From Obrimoposthia wandeli (lineage: Eukaryota): 64,000 nt of DNA. A program made the position numbers and the translations under genes. The notes below the pieces were generated by a model. That model ran no database searches and was not told the origin of the DNA. It saw only the letters and a program-made list of their open reading frames with translations. The number at the start of each line of letters is the position of its first letter. Within the stretch, counting starts at the first letter, position 1. The stretch lies in the NCBI GenBank assembly GCA_977020255.1, contig CDROCS010003949.1, forward strand, positions 372,001-436,000, given 5' to 3'. Positions 1-13,236 of the stretch are shown here, piece by piece.

Positions 1-1119
1 AAAATATATTCTTATACTATTGCTTTTTTGTTTCACTTAATATTGAAACTAATGTAATACATTTTTAAAATTTAAATGATTAACTACTCTTAATTACCTT
101 ATAAATTCGTCTTGATAATTATTTCATCTTTAGTTAACATCAAAGTAACTCCATATAAAATATATTTTTTCATTTAGAATTGTTTAAAAGTACATCAAAA
201 TATGAAACCTTTAGCAACGTAGCATTAAAACAATATTATTATGTATAAATTTATTACTTTGATATATTAATATTTCTGATAATGTTTTGGGAAGCTAATT
301 TTTAACATTGTTCAAGGAAATTAATTTTGAAAATATTTTGTAAATGTTAAGAATATTTGTTGATTTCCACTTTGACAACTTAATTGTTAAATTATTTAAA
401 TCAAGCTACTGTATATTTGATTATATCCGTTAAACCTCACAGTATATACATTCACTACTTTGTAAATAGTTTGTTTATTTTCTGTCGAAATGAAAATTGA
501 ATATATTTGTGTATTTGCTGATGTTGATATTGAAAAATAATTAACAATACTGTATAACTTCATTTACGTTATTTTCCCTTACTGTTTCTTTATATTTTCA
601 ATTTTAATCTTCATCTATAAATGTGTAGTAAACAATAGTAAATAATTAAAATAGTAATGGGTAATGAAATTTTTTTAAAATTTTAAATAATACACTTTTT
701 TATAAATTAGGGGTATAAAAATCGTTGTGGTGAATATAATAATAATTTCATTATTTAACTTTTTATATTTGGGTTGTTTAAAAAGTTTCAATAATTGACT
801 CTGCATTAACGACTAATAAGGATAGTTATCAAAGGTGGAAATCACATATTTTTATAATATTTTAAAATTTACTTACTTATCCTAAAAGTTTTTTTAATTT
901 TCACTTCGATAACTTCCCTTATAATTAGTTATTCGTAAAAAACAATTATAAAAAATGCATCTTTACTTCTTGACTCAAAAGATACGATATAAGAGTCGAA
1001 CCCCAAGTTTACAAAAGGAAACAATTTAATTCACTTTCAACTTGGAAATTCTGCTAAACTCGCATAGATGTGAGATTGAAAAAGAGATCGATTGAAGTTA
1101 GACTAATACTGTCGATTAT

Positions 1120-1190
1120 CGTGATACATACGGTTGAGTGTTGTCATGAATCAATACAGAATGCTTCCGTTGAATAAACTTTCAGAAGTG
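1120..1190 (-). pseudogene. possible Tc1/mariner transposase remnant
   Basis: Minus-strand translation KFIQRKHSVLIHDNTQPYVS resembles the mariner LLHDNARPHV motif; flanks are degenerate and no TIRs were seen. Confidence 0.25.
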
Positions 1191-2605
1191 AACCAATTTC
1201 TGACACATCAGTTGAAAAAACTCGTTGTAGAAAGAATCATCGAAGAACAATATGTATATCCTCCAAAGTTGCTGTCATTACCACTTGAGATTTGAATAGG
1301 CGTGTGATATTTGTATAACTTGCCGGTTTTCTTCTGGTAAGACACACAAATTGATCAATGAAGAAACCATCGTATTTGGTACTCACTTTGAAATCGGACT
1401 TTTGAACTTAAACTTTTTATGTAGAAAATCCATAACTAGAGATAGAGCAATATTCAAAATTTATGAAATAAGCCCTAACATTATTCGACTATCTACATGA
1501 ACTATTTTATTTATTTACTCTACATTATGTTTATTTGAAACAATAATCAGCTTACAACATGGGGAAGAATCCTCGAATGATATCTCGATACCTTTTCATT
1601 TCCTGTATGGTTTTATGTACTATATTTAATGAAAGGTATAAATGCATGAAACCTTTTACAAAATATAAAGACGAAAAACAATAATTCCTCCTTTGAACGG
1701 GCTTTGGAACTAAAAATTCAATTTATTAATCACTTGTCACAAGTTTGATTAGTACTGAATCTGACACCACTGACAATAATTATAATTCTGTCTGACTATT
1801 ATATAAGCATACATTCACACGCACACATATATACATGTGTACTATCACAATACACTTTAAATTACATAATAATTCTTCTTCGGCCTAATTGTGTTCAAAT
1901 TAAATATCATTCAAAACTAATTAGCTATTATTCATCAATAGTTAGAATAAAGAAAGAATGATTTATTTTGGTTCATTCCATTTCCTTTTATATCCTAAAT
2001 TCAAAGGTTTGGTATTATTTAAGTAACTGCCCAATTTGATTTGAAAATTGTAATATTGATTATGGATATTTAAAGTATTATTATTGAGGAGAAACAAATT
2101 AACTTAATAATAAAAATGTCATGCCTACTATTAAGATTCTTTCACATGATTGTCTATTTTTTGTCTATTTACGCATTGCATAACTTCGAATTGTATCAAA
2201 TGTTATTAGAAAAAGCACAATAACTTCATTATTCATAGTTTACAGTTAATGCAATAAAATTAAAAGGAAATAAATGCAGAATATAAATCAACAGGAAAGG
2301 TAAAATTACGTTTTTTTGTTGATAAAAATGCCTATTTTAATAAACTAACAATTTGTGCTGAAACAATTCTCAATTCCCTAAGGTACTTTTCTACTTTCAA
2401 TATGAACTGGTTGCTTACGGGATTTGTTCTTTTTCTATGTTTTTTTCCAACTTAGCTGAAAAATGATATTATGGAATTATGGGATTTATGTTTTATTGAT
2501 ATCTATGAAATGGTAAAAGATTAAAATTATCTATTTTAACTCTTTGACAGTCCTGTTTATCAAGCTGCAAGTGACATTTCGTTTTTTTGAAATGTCTAAA
2601 TACCG

Positions 2606-3241
2606 AAAATAAAAATACAGTAAAATTACAAGTAAAATATTGTTTTTGTTGTGTAATTTTAATAGTGAATTATTACAAAATATTATAAATCAAAATTAGA
2701 TATAGTTATATTCACCTAGCATATTTGATTTTACTGTCCTGGTCTGAATTGAATAATAACGACAAATAAGGGACTTTTATAACATTAATTTGTGACTAAT
2801 TCTTTAATGAGATCTTCTTAGAGTTCTGGATGTAAGCTTAATATTTATTTTAAAAATAATTATTTCGATGCTTTTATTTCTTCTATTTACAATAAATTAA
2901 AATAATATATAAAATTAAGTTTAAAAATAAAAATACAGTAAAATTACAAGTAAAATATTGTTTTTGTTGTGTAATTTTAATAGTGAATTATTACAAAATA
3001 TTATAAATCAAAATTAGATATAGTTTTATTCACCTAGCATATTTGATTTTACTGTCCTGGTCTGAATTGAATAATAACGACAAATAAGGGACTTTTATAA
3101 CATTAATTTGTGACTAATTCTTTAATGAGATCTTCTTAGAGTTCCTGATGTAAGCTTAATATTTATTTTAAAAATAATTATTTCGAGGCTTTTATTTCTT
3201 CTATTTAAAATAAATTAAAATAATATATAAAATTAAGTTTA
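2606..3241. repeat. 318-bp tandem duplication (2 copies)
   Basis: 2606-2923 is repeated at 2924-3241 with about 5 substitutions counted by eye. Confidence 0.95.
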
Positions 3242-3938
3242 ATTTTTTTCTCATGTTTTGTTTAAACACGACGAGTTTTCACGGTAAAAATATTTATTTT
3301 AAATTATAAATACATGACTAAATAAGTAAACTCAATATACATCTACATATATCACTGCGAATAGCAAATTCGATATTATAAAATCCAAGAAACGTTTTGC
3401 GACTAAGTATATTATTTTTTAAAACATTGTAATTAATAATACCGTAAATCTAAAGAGATATTATGTCCGAGAAAGGAATGACCACAATTCAAATTTAATA
3501 ATATATATAATAGATTTATTTGTCCAAATTTTTTATAATATAGATGTACAGTTATCTTGTTATATCACAAATAATAAATTGCAAAATGCAAGAAACATTT
3601 TACAACGAGCAGAGGATTCCAAAAACGTTATTGCCCTTAATAATACTGCAAATCTAAAGATAAATTCTTGTTCAAGCAAGTAATGATCCATAATTTGACC
3701 TATCATATATTTATTAGATAATTTTTTGTCATTTTTGTTCAATAAATTTGTTTATGCAATAATTAGAAATATTTTTAAGCAAATTGACAAGGAACTGTAT
3801 TTTATAATCGTAAGTTATTTTATATTTGCTTTGATTTTCGTTTAACGTAAGACTATTTGTATGAAAATTTCAAAAACTTTAAAAGTTTTAAGCATTAGAA
3901 AAGATCAATTTTAACATATTTCCTATATTTGGGTAATT

Positions 3939-4420
3939 ATGCAAGAATATTTCATTGACTTTGAGGCTTTCATTAAAAAATGGAGATTACATTAAAACAT
4001 AATTATGTATTATGGATGTATGTGATATTTTTCATCCTTTACATTTTATATTTCATGTAGATATCCCATTTAGGTCTTTAGATTATAAGAATAAATTTAC
4101 TAATTTATATCTCACTAAATATTTTCATTTATTAAAATGGATAGAAGGAAGAAAGTCTTTTTCCGAAATTTGTATTTTTAATAAAATTAAATCGAATTTT
4201 GATATAGAAAATAAAAAATTTTATGTTGTATATAAAATGAAGGACAAAAAGTACAAGTCATAAAAAAATATTTTCCAAAATTAACATTAAACAATTTTTA
4301 TATTTCACATGATCATATATTAAAATTTTCAATAAATATTTGCTGTCCCTATCATGATCATGGTGAGCAATGCGCATATGAAAAGTGTATAAGTCTATCT
4401 TATTATTACCTGACATGTAG
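3939..4420 (+). pseudogene. Polinton DEDD/DnaQ-like small protein, frameshifted
   Basis: MQEYFIDFEAFIK..., FHLLKWIEG and C-terminal CPYHDHGEQCAYEKC align with the intact ORF at 58790-59281. Confidence 0.8.
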
Positions 4421-4618
4421 ATAAACAATCTTTCTAATTGAAGAAATACATTCAATAAAAATTATTATTTCAGCCAATAATATAAGATCATGTGTGTATC
4501 AAATTTAGTATATTAATCTCAGTTTTTTCATTTCAATCCCCTATTTTTGAAATTAGGAATATGATAAGAACCTTGTATATTTATATTCTTTAAATAATAT
4601 TTATTATTTTAGATTACT

Positions 4619-5160
4619 TGCAACTTGTTCTCAGTGTATTGTGGTGCTTCAACTTTACATGGAGGAGAACCCTGCAATACGATACTATCTGCATATTATC
4701 ATACGTCTAATGTGCAAATTTGTTACGTCTGCCCATTCTACAGAACAATGAAGGACAAGGAGTATCCGGTTTCTTTGATGAACATCAAGCTCACTTGTCA
4801 AACTTCACAGTCAACAACAGGAAAAAGAGCATCATCCGATTGGTGCGCAATTCTTTGAATGGTCTTGTCCCTGTTCCAGCACCAGCAGTTACATTCCAGC
4901 CTGCCTTTGGTCCAGAAATAACCCCGTCTATCGCCTCTCTTGTATCTGCGTTTGTAGTTGACTCATCCACTCAACTCTCGAACAATGACTGGATGGATCA
5001 AATCACCCAGCCATTATTCGAGATAGAGCAGCCTCAGTGGAGCGACAACAGCAGGTTAGACAAAATCGATGAATCTGCTTTCCAGCTAACCGATGATAGC
5101 TGGATGAATGCTATCGACGAAGAAGACTTCCAGCCAGCTGCTGTTGAATCGGCTTTATAA
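4619..5160 (+). pseudogene. Cys/His-rich (zinc-binding-like) protein with Pro-rich and acidic tail, one frameshift
   Basis: CNLFSVYC...QICYVCP...FFDEHQAHL aligns with CNIYKTPC...QFYVCPQC...FMNQHRDHL at 59473-59650; splice acceptor at 4611-4612. Confidence 0.65.
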
Positions 5161-5516
5161 TGTTTTAGAGGTCAATATTTGTTATGATTTTTAATAAAAT
5201 TAAAATTAAATAGATCATATTAATTATTTAATATTACTTATTTTATCAGGAAATTCCTCGAGATCATTGATGACGTCCTCTACTACGCGCGCAATGATCA
5301 ATCTAACATGAGTGCCTACACATCGATGTTCACACGCCTTAGAGGTAATGTTTAAACGAAACATATTTTATTTAATATATATTATTCAGCAGATGCATCA
5401 TCAATCTTCACAACAGTCGCATCCCAAACTTTCTTGATTACAATGCCACATTCATCGATGGTGGACCAGGGTTGACTTTGACCGGCTTAAAAGGTTAATT
5501 ATAAATTATATAATAT

Positions 5517-7382
5517 ATGTTTTTTCCAACATCTGCGTCTTCAACGCCATCCCCATCAGTGGTAACATCAGAAGCTACTGAATCCAGGGTGGCTCCAGCC
5601 ACTTCTCATTTACGGCTTACATATAAACACATTAACAACTTGAGTATTAATGTATTCAAATATAATACCGACATCCCTGTTAATGTAACAGAGGAAGATA
5701 TTCCTAAAAAACATTTTGTAGATGTAATTTATAGAAGCACAAATGAGGGGACTCAGGTCAACTTAATTTTGCTTAAACACAATAATAAATTATATCATGC
5801 TACAATTCTCAATTTAGATCATCTTCTAAATTTAGATAATGGAGCCTTACCTGTTAGGATAAGGTATACATGGTGTCATATATGCATGGATTCCGATCCG
5901 AGCTCTATTATAGCAAACATTTCACGTTATGTAAACTGAATCCTGATGAAAATACGCTATATAGGATGCCTAAGGATAATAATATTAAATTTATGGATTG
6001 TGCAAACTGCATACCCGTTAAATTCAGGGTGTATGTTGATTTTGAATACATTTTAGCATTGTACGACCAGTATGAGAGTATCCACTTACCGGCTACGGCA
6101 GGACTAATATTCTTAGTCCCCAATATAACCCAGTATCATGAAGTTTCCGGTTCAAATTGTATTTTAGATTTCATGTTAAAATTAGAGAAACTAGGAACCA
6201 CAATTGTCAAACCGTGGTATAATCTTAAGGCTCATCAAGCTATGATAATGACTTCCAAAGACTGAGTTAATTTTAATTCTAGTATATCTTGTTATTTGTA
6301 TGCTACCCAGTTTAAGTTAGTCAGAGATCACGATCATGTTACAGGGCGATACATGAGATCAGCGTTCAACCTTTGTAACCTTGACGTTAACTCTCTCAAA
6401 ACCACCCATTCCCATCGGGTTTCATAATCTCAAAGGATATGATCTGCATCATATACTTAAATACTCGTTGGATACATTAAGCTCATGGGAAATTTCGTCT
6501 ATACCTCAAACTTCAGATAAATATTTTTCTTCAACTGTATATACTGAATTATGCAATTTAAGATTTATAAATTCTTTGCCATTTTGGATTGGATCTTTAA
6601 AATGTTAAAAGCGTCTTTAAATGCATGCCAATTACACAGTGTGCATATATATCCCTCTTAATGTGCATGATAAACTAGATGATCTTCCAGTAGCACCTGT
6701 TCATCAATGTCCACCTAATTCAAAGATTAATAAATTACTGTTAACCCATGAAGACAATTTGAATTGGTGCATTGGCAGGTTCTCAAATTCTACTTAAAAT
6801 TGGAAGTGAAATTCATTCAAAATCATTGGGTTGTAAGCTTTAGTCAAAACTTTGTGTTTAAAGACTACATTGAGAAGAATTCGAGTAAACGATCGGGTAA
6901 AAAAGTTAAAAGTAAACGTATCTTTTGTAAAACTGTAAAGGACCTGTGGAAACGTATTTGTCTAGGGTTTTACAATGATGAGCGCCAACTAATAACATGA
7001 CTTACTTGATACCAATAAATATCCCGCTAATCATTCTCGACACTCTATGAGTTTAAAGGATATTATCGGGAAATTTAGGGATGAAAGCAAGGATCAGGTT
7101 TCGTATGATGATTGTATTTTCCTACACCCTAAATGCTACAGTTTAATGCATCTAATAATGCATGTTCAATTAGAGCAAAGGGTGTTGGAAGAAACAATCT
7201 TACCCATGTGACCTACCAGATTGTTTATGATACTGGGTGTATTGAAATCGTTGAACAAACTAGATTTATTTCAAGAGCCCATCAACTGAATTCCCATAAG
7301 TCAACCAAAATCAATTTGAGTAGTAATGACGACAAGCGCTTTTAAGTAGAAAATCCTGGCTTATGGACACTTCCAAATTTAA
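5517..7382 (+). pseudogene. polB: Protein-primed family B DNA polymerase, fragmented (element A)
   Basis: Motifs SINVF, VYVDFE, RDHDHVTG, FHNLKGYDLHHI, DKLDDLPVAP, KFRDE and DDKR in broken frames, with large deletions. Confidence 0.9.
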
Positions 7383-7666
7383 ACCGTTTTCTTAATTTAA
7401 TTTATTTTGTTTAGTTTATTAAAATTTTAGATCCATATGGCACTTTTACTTTAACATTTTGTTATTTCGATAAATATTTAGGTTGATCGTTATCTTTGCT
7501 GACAGATCTCTTGGTGATATTTTGCTGAATTAATGTATATTAAAAAAGCCTTTCGTCTTTTATTATTATTCATATTTTGCCTTTATATTTTATTCAAATG
7601 TTGTGAGGTTTTAAAAATAATTCAATATAAAAACATGTTTTAAAAATAAATTATTATAACAACAAA

Positions 7667-7915
7667 TTAACCGTTTTGCAACGATAACCATAAAATACAT
7701 AAATTTTCACATTTTCTCATTGTCTGATCCTGGTATTGTATCTTGTTGTAAAATACTCTTCTTTGTACATTTTGAACAGTCGAAACAAGCTTCTGTGGAA
7801 GATACGTTGCAAGTGGATCACATACATGCATTGTCCACTCTTTAACACCTCCAGGTTTAAAAAAAGAATCATATCAATATTTTCTCTGTTGATTCTTGTA
7901 TTATCATTGAACTAA
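7667..7915 (-). pseudogene. Adenain-like cysteine protease remnant (element A)
   Basis: Reverse complement is similar to the protease at 49076-49456, including the splice acceptor. Confidence 0.75.
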
Positions 7916-7920
7916 ATTAA

Positions 7921-8445
7921 AATCCGGTGCTAATATGACAATTCTGTTTTTGTTGATTTGTATTTCCGAATCAAATACTCCGTAAATAAGCATTGTGGCA
8001 GGATTTGTTAAAGCTGCATTGACATATTAACACAGGAAATTAAATATTTAGGTTGTTCAAAGAAGTTTAGTCTCATAGACCCACACATTTCGTAAGCTTT
8101 AGGCTCTACAATCCATTCTTTGCGAGTTGCAGCCGTTTTATCAAAACCAATGGTTGCCAAATTAGTATTTTGAGTATCAGTACTATAATTCAATAGACTT
8201 TCAATCAAAGCTTTATGAGCATAGGAAGAAAGTCCACCTTCAATTTTTAACATTATTAAGCGTAACAACGGCATTTTTAAATAAAGAATTAAAGAAGTAA
8301 TTAACAGATGTTAAATATGCATTTATCGCTAAATAAGTACCATTGTGATGTGTTACTTTAAGTTGAACATAAAGCAAAGTATAATTCAAATGTAAATAAT
8401 CACTATTGGAACCATTAATATTAAATTCTAAATAGGTCCAGTGGT
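7921..8445 (-). pseudogene. Major capsid protein remnant with internal deletion (element A)
   Basis: ORF 8008-8274 (KIEGGLSSYAHKALIESLLNYSTDTQNTNLATIG) is nearly identical to the MCP at 47845. Confidence 0.9.
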
Positions 8446-8454
8446 TTTTTTCTT

Positions 8455-8960
8455 GGCTTTATATGTGAAATATATTAATTGTCCGAAATAGTCTTTAATA
8501 TTTACTTCAATATTGTTTATAGATAAGAGAGTAACTGTAATATACATTGGTTGATCTATACGAATAACGAGAACTTCCCCAATTTTAGTTTGACTTTAAG
8601 ATATCAATATTGTTCTCAAAAGAAGTTCTCGCATTTGTCTACAAGTGTTGATTCTATTTAACTAGTTTAAATATATAACTGATAAAAGCATTTAAAGATT
8701 TTGCCTGGTTTTTAGTTTTTATGGGTTTTACTGTATGTGTTTCAAAGGTATTTCGTTTCAAACCAAGGTTTTTAGCGAGTTTATCATCAAAGGAAAGCCG
8801 TTTTATATTGCTCTTTACTATAAGCGTCAACTTATTTCTTCATTATAAATTTACATAAATTCACTTGACTATTTATTTTATAAAAACCATTTCAGTTCCA
8901 GTACATTTTTAGCTATTGATGAATTAATTTCCCCAAATAAACAACATACGGCTAAATGTA
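8455..8960 (-). pseudogene. Minor capsid (penton-like) remnant (element A)
   Basis: Reverse complement matches 46930-47400. Confidence 0.8.
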
Positions 8961-10475
8961 ATCGAAAGTGCTGCAAACTTAGTTAGTACTTGGTGCGTTT
9001 AATAAATAATGAGACTACAAGGTTTATTATAAATTAAAGAATATATATATAAATAAAGATGCATAAAATATTATAAGTAGTTTTTTGATACTCCTACAAC
9101 ACCATTTAAATCATCCAATCATTTATCATATTGATGAATAAAAAAAATTAGGTATACCTTTCAAAGTATCTTACAAGCATACAAAATATTATTTGGAAAA
9201 AAGTATTTTATGCATAGTTTTAAAATTTATTATAATTTGTTACATTTTCTAGTTGTAAGACCATATTTAGGTACAGAATCATGTGTTGAGAGTGCGTATA
9301 ATATTATGAATAACCAATTTAAATGTGATGGACAACACTGTATCTCTCCCTACGTTATCAGCAGATAAATTCATATTAAATGTAGTTTAGAAGTTGAATT
9401 ATAGTACAGGCCTATATTTAAGAAAATGATATTACTTGACAGCGAACCCTGAAAGGCTAACACGAGGAGAGGCAGAGAGCTGAAAGGGTGAAAGAGAAAG
9501 AAGTTTCAACATTAAAAAACTCAGAGTCAAGCTCGAAACAGAGTTTGAATGTCGGCATTGGAGTAACTGCCACAGTAATTATAGTGGTAGGTATCTGCAC
9601 TTCACTTGATACAAAACCACACGCAGTCGGCAGCTAGTGAATCGATTACAAGCTTAGGTAGCTGCTTGTTGTCTGGCCACCCGGAATCCGAGATAGTATT
9701 GACGTAGATATCATAGCTTAGCATTTCTCCACATTTCTCGACGATATGACGTTTGTTTGCACATAATAAGAAATCCTATGAGAGTCGATGGGAGAGATCA
9801 TTTTATAAGGGATGTTGATGACCTGCAGGTCGACTCACCGTACCGTTATTGGATGCTCGCAATTGAGTTTAAGTTTATATTTATGAAATTTGAAGTTATT
9901 TACCTGTCGGTACTGACTCAAAATAAGATGTAAAAACGTATCTGGCTTTCAACTGGAATACTGTTTTTCAGTAATGAACGAACATAAAATACAGGCCAAC
10001 TTAGATAATTTTCATTAAAAGATCTAAAATTGGAAAGGAAACATATAACTTTAAATCAGTTTACAATTACAAAATATTACAAAAATAACGTTTTTTTCAA
10101 AGTAGGGCATCATATGTTTTTAAAACTAAAATGCTCCTACTTTTATTGTTGATTGTAGATATTAAGTAAGTATTATCCATTCTGACATAGATATGGGATC
10201 ATTCATTAGTTGTAACTAACATTATTTACAGTATTATTAAAGCTGTCATTTATTCCAATCACCATCATCAACTTATTCACTTAGCAATTTCATAACCAAA
10301 TCAACCAAATTTATATGACTATTATATAGCCCAGACAGCGTTGAGATATTTTGGTATCTCATTGACTCGTTTGAGTTAATTGATTATTAAGCAAATTTGC
10401 TGAATCAGCAATTAATTATTATTTAAAACATTACTTAGACGTTTTGTTACAACATAAAACCAAAAAGTAAACCTG

Positions 10476-10675
10476 AGTAGGTAGATGTGTCCGGTCTAAT
10501 CCACCCCTCCCCCCGGGGGGCTACCACTGTCATTTAAAACCGTGCATGTGTGTAGAGTGAAATTTCGTGCATGAGTGTGTGGAGTGAAAGTTTGTGCATG
10601 TGTGGAGTGAAATTTTTCTTTAAAAAAAGCAACGAATGGGGGAGGGGTGGATTAGACCGGACACATCCATCTACT
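10476..10675. mobile_element. 200-bp non-coding mini-Polinton (TIR-only element)
   Basis: Begins AGTAGGTAGATGTGTCCGGTCTAATCCACCCCTCCCC and ends with its near-perfect inverse; same TIR family as element C; exact 6-bp TSD AACCTG at 10470-10475 and 10676-10681. Confidence 0.95.
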
Positions 10676-12870
10676 AACCTGTACATAAATAAACTTAAAT
10701 TACCCGTGTCATAAAACCTGATTCTCGGTTCTGAAACCATAATAAACTACACAAACGTTTAGATATTCCTATTGAAATAATTATGTTTGTGTAAAGTGTT
10801 TTAGAAAATTTGATATGCGAGAGTCTAAAATATATATAACTAGATAATTCCTATTAAACGTTATCTTGCACTTTATTGTCCAATATTTACTGTCACTAAT
10901 ATCTAAACAACATTTTAAGAGACAAATTATTTAATGAATAAATTAAATAATTTCCATGAAATTCATACTTTTAATTGTACGTTTTAAAATGTGATTTTAA
11001 AGTAATATTACTTATGTTAATAAATTCATAATAAAATTTCAGAAGGACGAAAATTTGACTATTTTTTTTAAACCAATTTAGATTGTGAAAATGAAAAATA
11101 ACAAATAAATATATATTCTTGAATTTTTTATAATAATAAATCCAATATTGTTAAATAGCTGTACTTAACATTTTTGTATCCACATAAATTGTTCAAGTCG
11201 CAGTTATAGTCAACTATATTTTAGTGTTTAGCTGTATACACTTATTTAGACTACAATAATTCAGGTCTTGTGGCGCAAGCTGTACACAACTGTTATGTAA
11301 AATTACATTCAGGTTTTATTAAAATCGAAACAAATCTTTCCCACATCTGATGTACTGTATTCATACTGTTTAACTATTAAATACTTGAAGTATAAGTAAC
11401 CGTAGATAGTTACTTGCAGAAGAAAATAATTAACCAAAAGTCCAACTTGGAAAGTGTGTAGTTAAAAAATTGATGTAGAACATGGTTATATGGTCAGCTG
11501 TTAGACATGTATATGAAAGTTTTTGTTCAAAAAAGACAAGTTAACGGATTTGGAGTAAGTAGACTATTATATTTGACTGTCTTTTGTGATATGATGTTTA
11601 TTTTATAACATTGTTAATTTATTACTACGAAATTTTAGATTTTTATTATTTTTGTCTTTAATGTTTTATCCAGTTTTGAAGGAACCTTTCATTTCTTTGT
11701 GACTACCAATTGTTAATATTCCTCAAAGCACACTTAGGTTAATAATGTATTTTAACAATGTTAAGAACCAGTTCAAAAAAGACTGATTATTTCTTTGGGA
11801 AAAGTTCACAAATACTGTCCTCAATTTTGAATGAAAGAAATTACATTGCTTTAAATAAAATTATGAAATTATTAGCTATAAAAGTTTAGATATGGTCATC
11901 AAAAAACTACTCCAGCTTATGTACACTTGAATAATGTTTTTACTGAAAACTGATCGTATATCTGATAGTAAATTTTAATTTATATATTTATTTTGAACGT
12001 TTAATTGCAACATTTATATCAATCTAGAAAATTTTATAAGTTTATTATGTTTGATTAGATAAATAAATTTACTTTAGAAGTGGTTCTTTCTGATTTTGAT
12101 GAAGGGAATGTAGTAGGTATGTTGGAAGTTGATTTATCTATCGGAAAGGTGAGCAGGAAAATAAGATGTTAAAGGTTTTTTCAAAATTGGTGAGACAATA
12201 TAAGAATATTGATAAGGTTAAAAGAGGGTTAGAAGAAGATGAGGCTTCAAAAAGAATCACAAAGAAGTAAAATACAGATCTGATAGAAGTTTAACGAATA
12301 AAAAGGATTAAAGCGTATCTAAATAGCTAAATTGAAATGTTTTAAACATTTAAAAAAGTAATTATATAAAAAACTATATAATAATAATGTACTTTCAAAT
12401 TGTATTCTAAAAGTTAAATGAATCGTCTTAATCATTAAAAAATTATTGATATTATTTCATTTTTAAAAAAATCATGTAATACTGACTAACTCGAGTTTTT
12501 AGTCAGATTTAAAAACCTACAATTATGCTAATCAAGTTCAATACGACATAGTTCGGGGATAATTATTGTGAAGCAATTACCCGGGATCTGATCTTAAATC
12601 TGCATTGGGAACATGAATTACACAGCCCACAACAGGCATGTTTCTTCTGTGTCTACAATTTGTGTTCGCACAACACTCCCTCTGCCTATTCGTTCGTCGT
12701 TCTGGCAATAGTCATCTCGGTTCTGTGGTATTCTGCGATAGTCATCTCAGTCCTGTGGTATTCTGCAATCTGAAAAACAATAACAATAATCTTGTCTATA
12801 TATCTATATCTCTCTCTCTTTCTCTATCCGTGTACGGCTTAACGATATCGATTCCAATCGATACAGTTCT

Positions 12871-13236
12871 ATGGGAAACATTACAAAACTGTGTCGTCAG
12901 AATGACGAAGAAGAGCTGTTTGTCACCTCCAAGCTGAATCCGGATGTAATGCAAGATGTATATCATGCATGGAAAAATGTATCCATCCAAGATGAAACAA
13001 GACTGCCGATGAAGCATGCTCTACAGACTCCTCGAACATCTTCACAGCGTGTCGACGAAGATGAGAACATTCTCCATCATACACCCTATTACTTTTTGGT
13101 GCAAAATCCCAACTTTGCCGAAGATCATCTGTATATCTATGACGAAGAAGACGAGTACCGGGATTTGCCGATGGATCCTGATGATTGGAGCATCTCGGAT
13201 ACTTTCAGCGACGAAGAATCCATCAAACTTCCCTGA
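12871..13236 (+). CDS. hypothetical acidic protein (121 aa)
   Basis: Open 121-codon ORF in a locally GC-richer island with an acidic C-terminus; no family recognised. Confidence 0.3.
   Translation: MGNITKLCRQNDEEELFVTSKLNPDVMQDVYHAWKNVSIQDETRLPMKHALQTPRTSSQRVDEDENILHHTPYYFLVQNPNFAEDHLYIYDEEDEYRDLPMDPDDWSISDTFSDEESIKLP

Larger units (their letters stand above)
3939..8960. mobile_element. Decayed Polinton/Maverick-like element A (no termini found)
   Basis: Fragments homologous to genes of elements C and D: exonuclease-like (+), Cys-rich ORF (+), PolB (+), then convergent protease, major capsid and minor capsid (-). Confidence 0.9.

Noticed and set aside
9430-9850. GC-richer stretch encoding a possible transmembrane segment (VGIGVTATVIIVVGIC)
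   Set aside because: Short, stop-bounded, no recognisable family and no convincing exon chain.
12065-12150. VVGMLEVDLSI resembles the PolB GYxLEVDL motif
   Set aside because: Single short motif with no other PolB motifs nearby.
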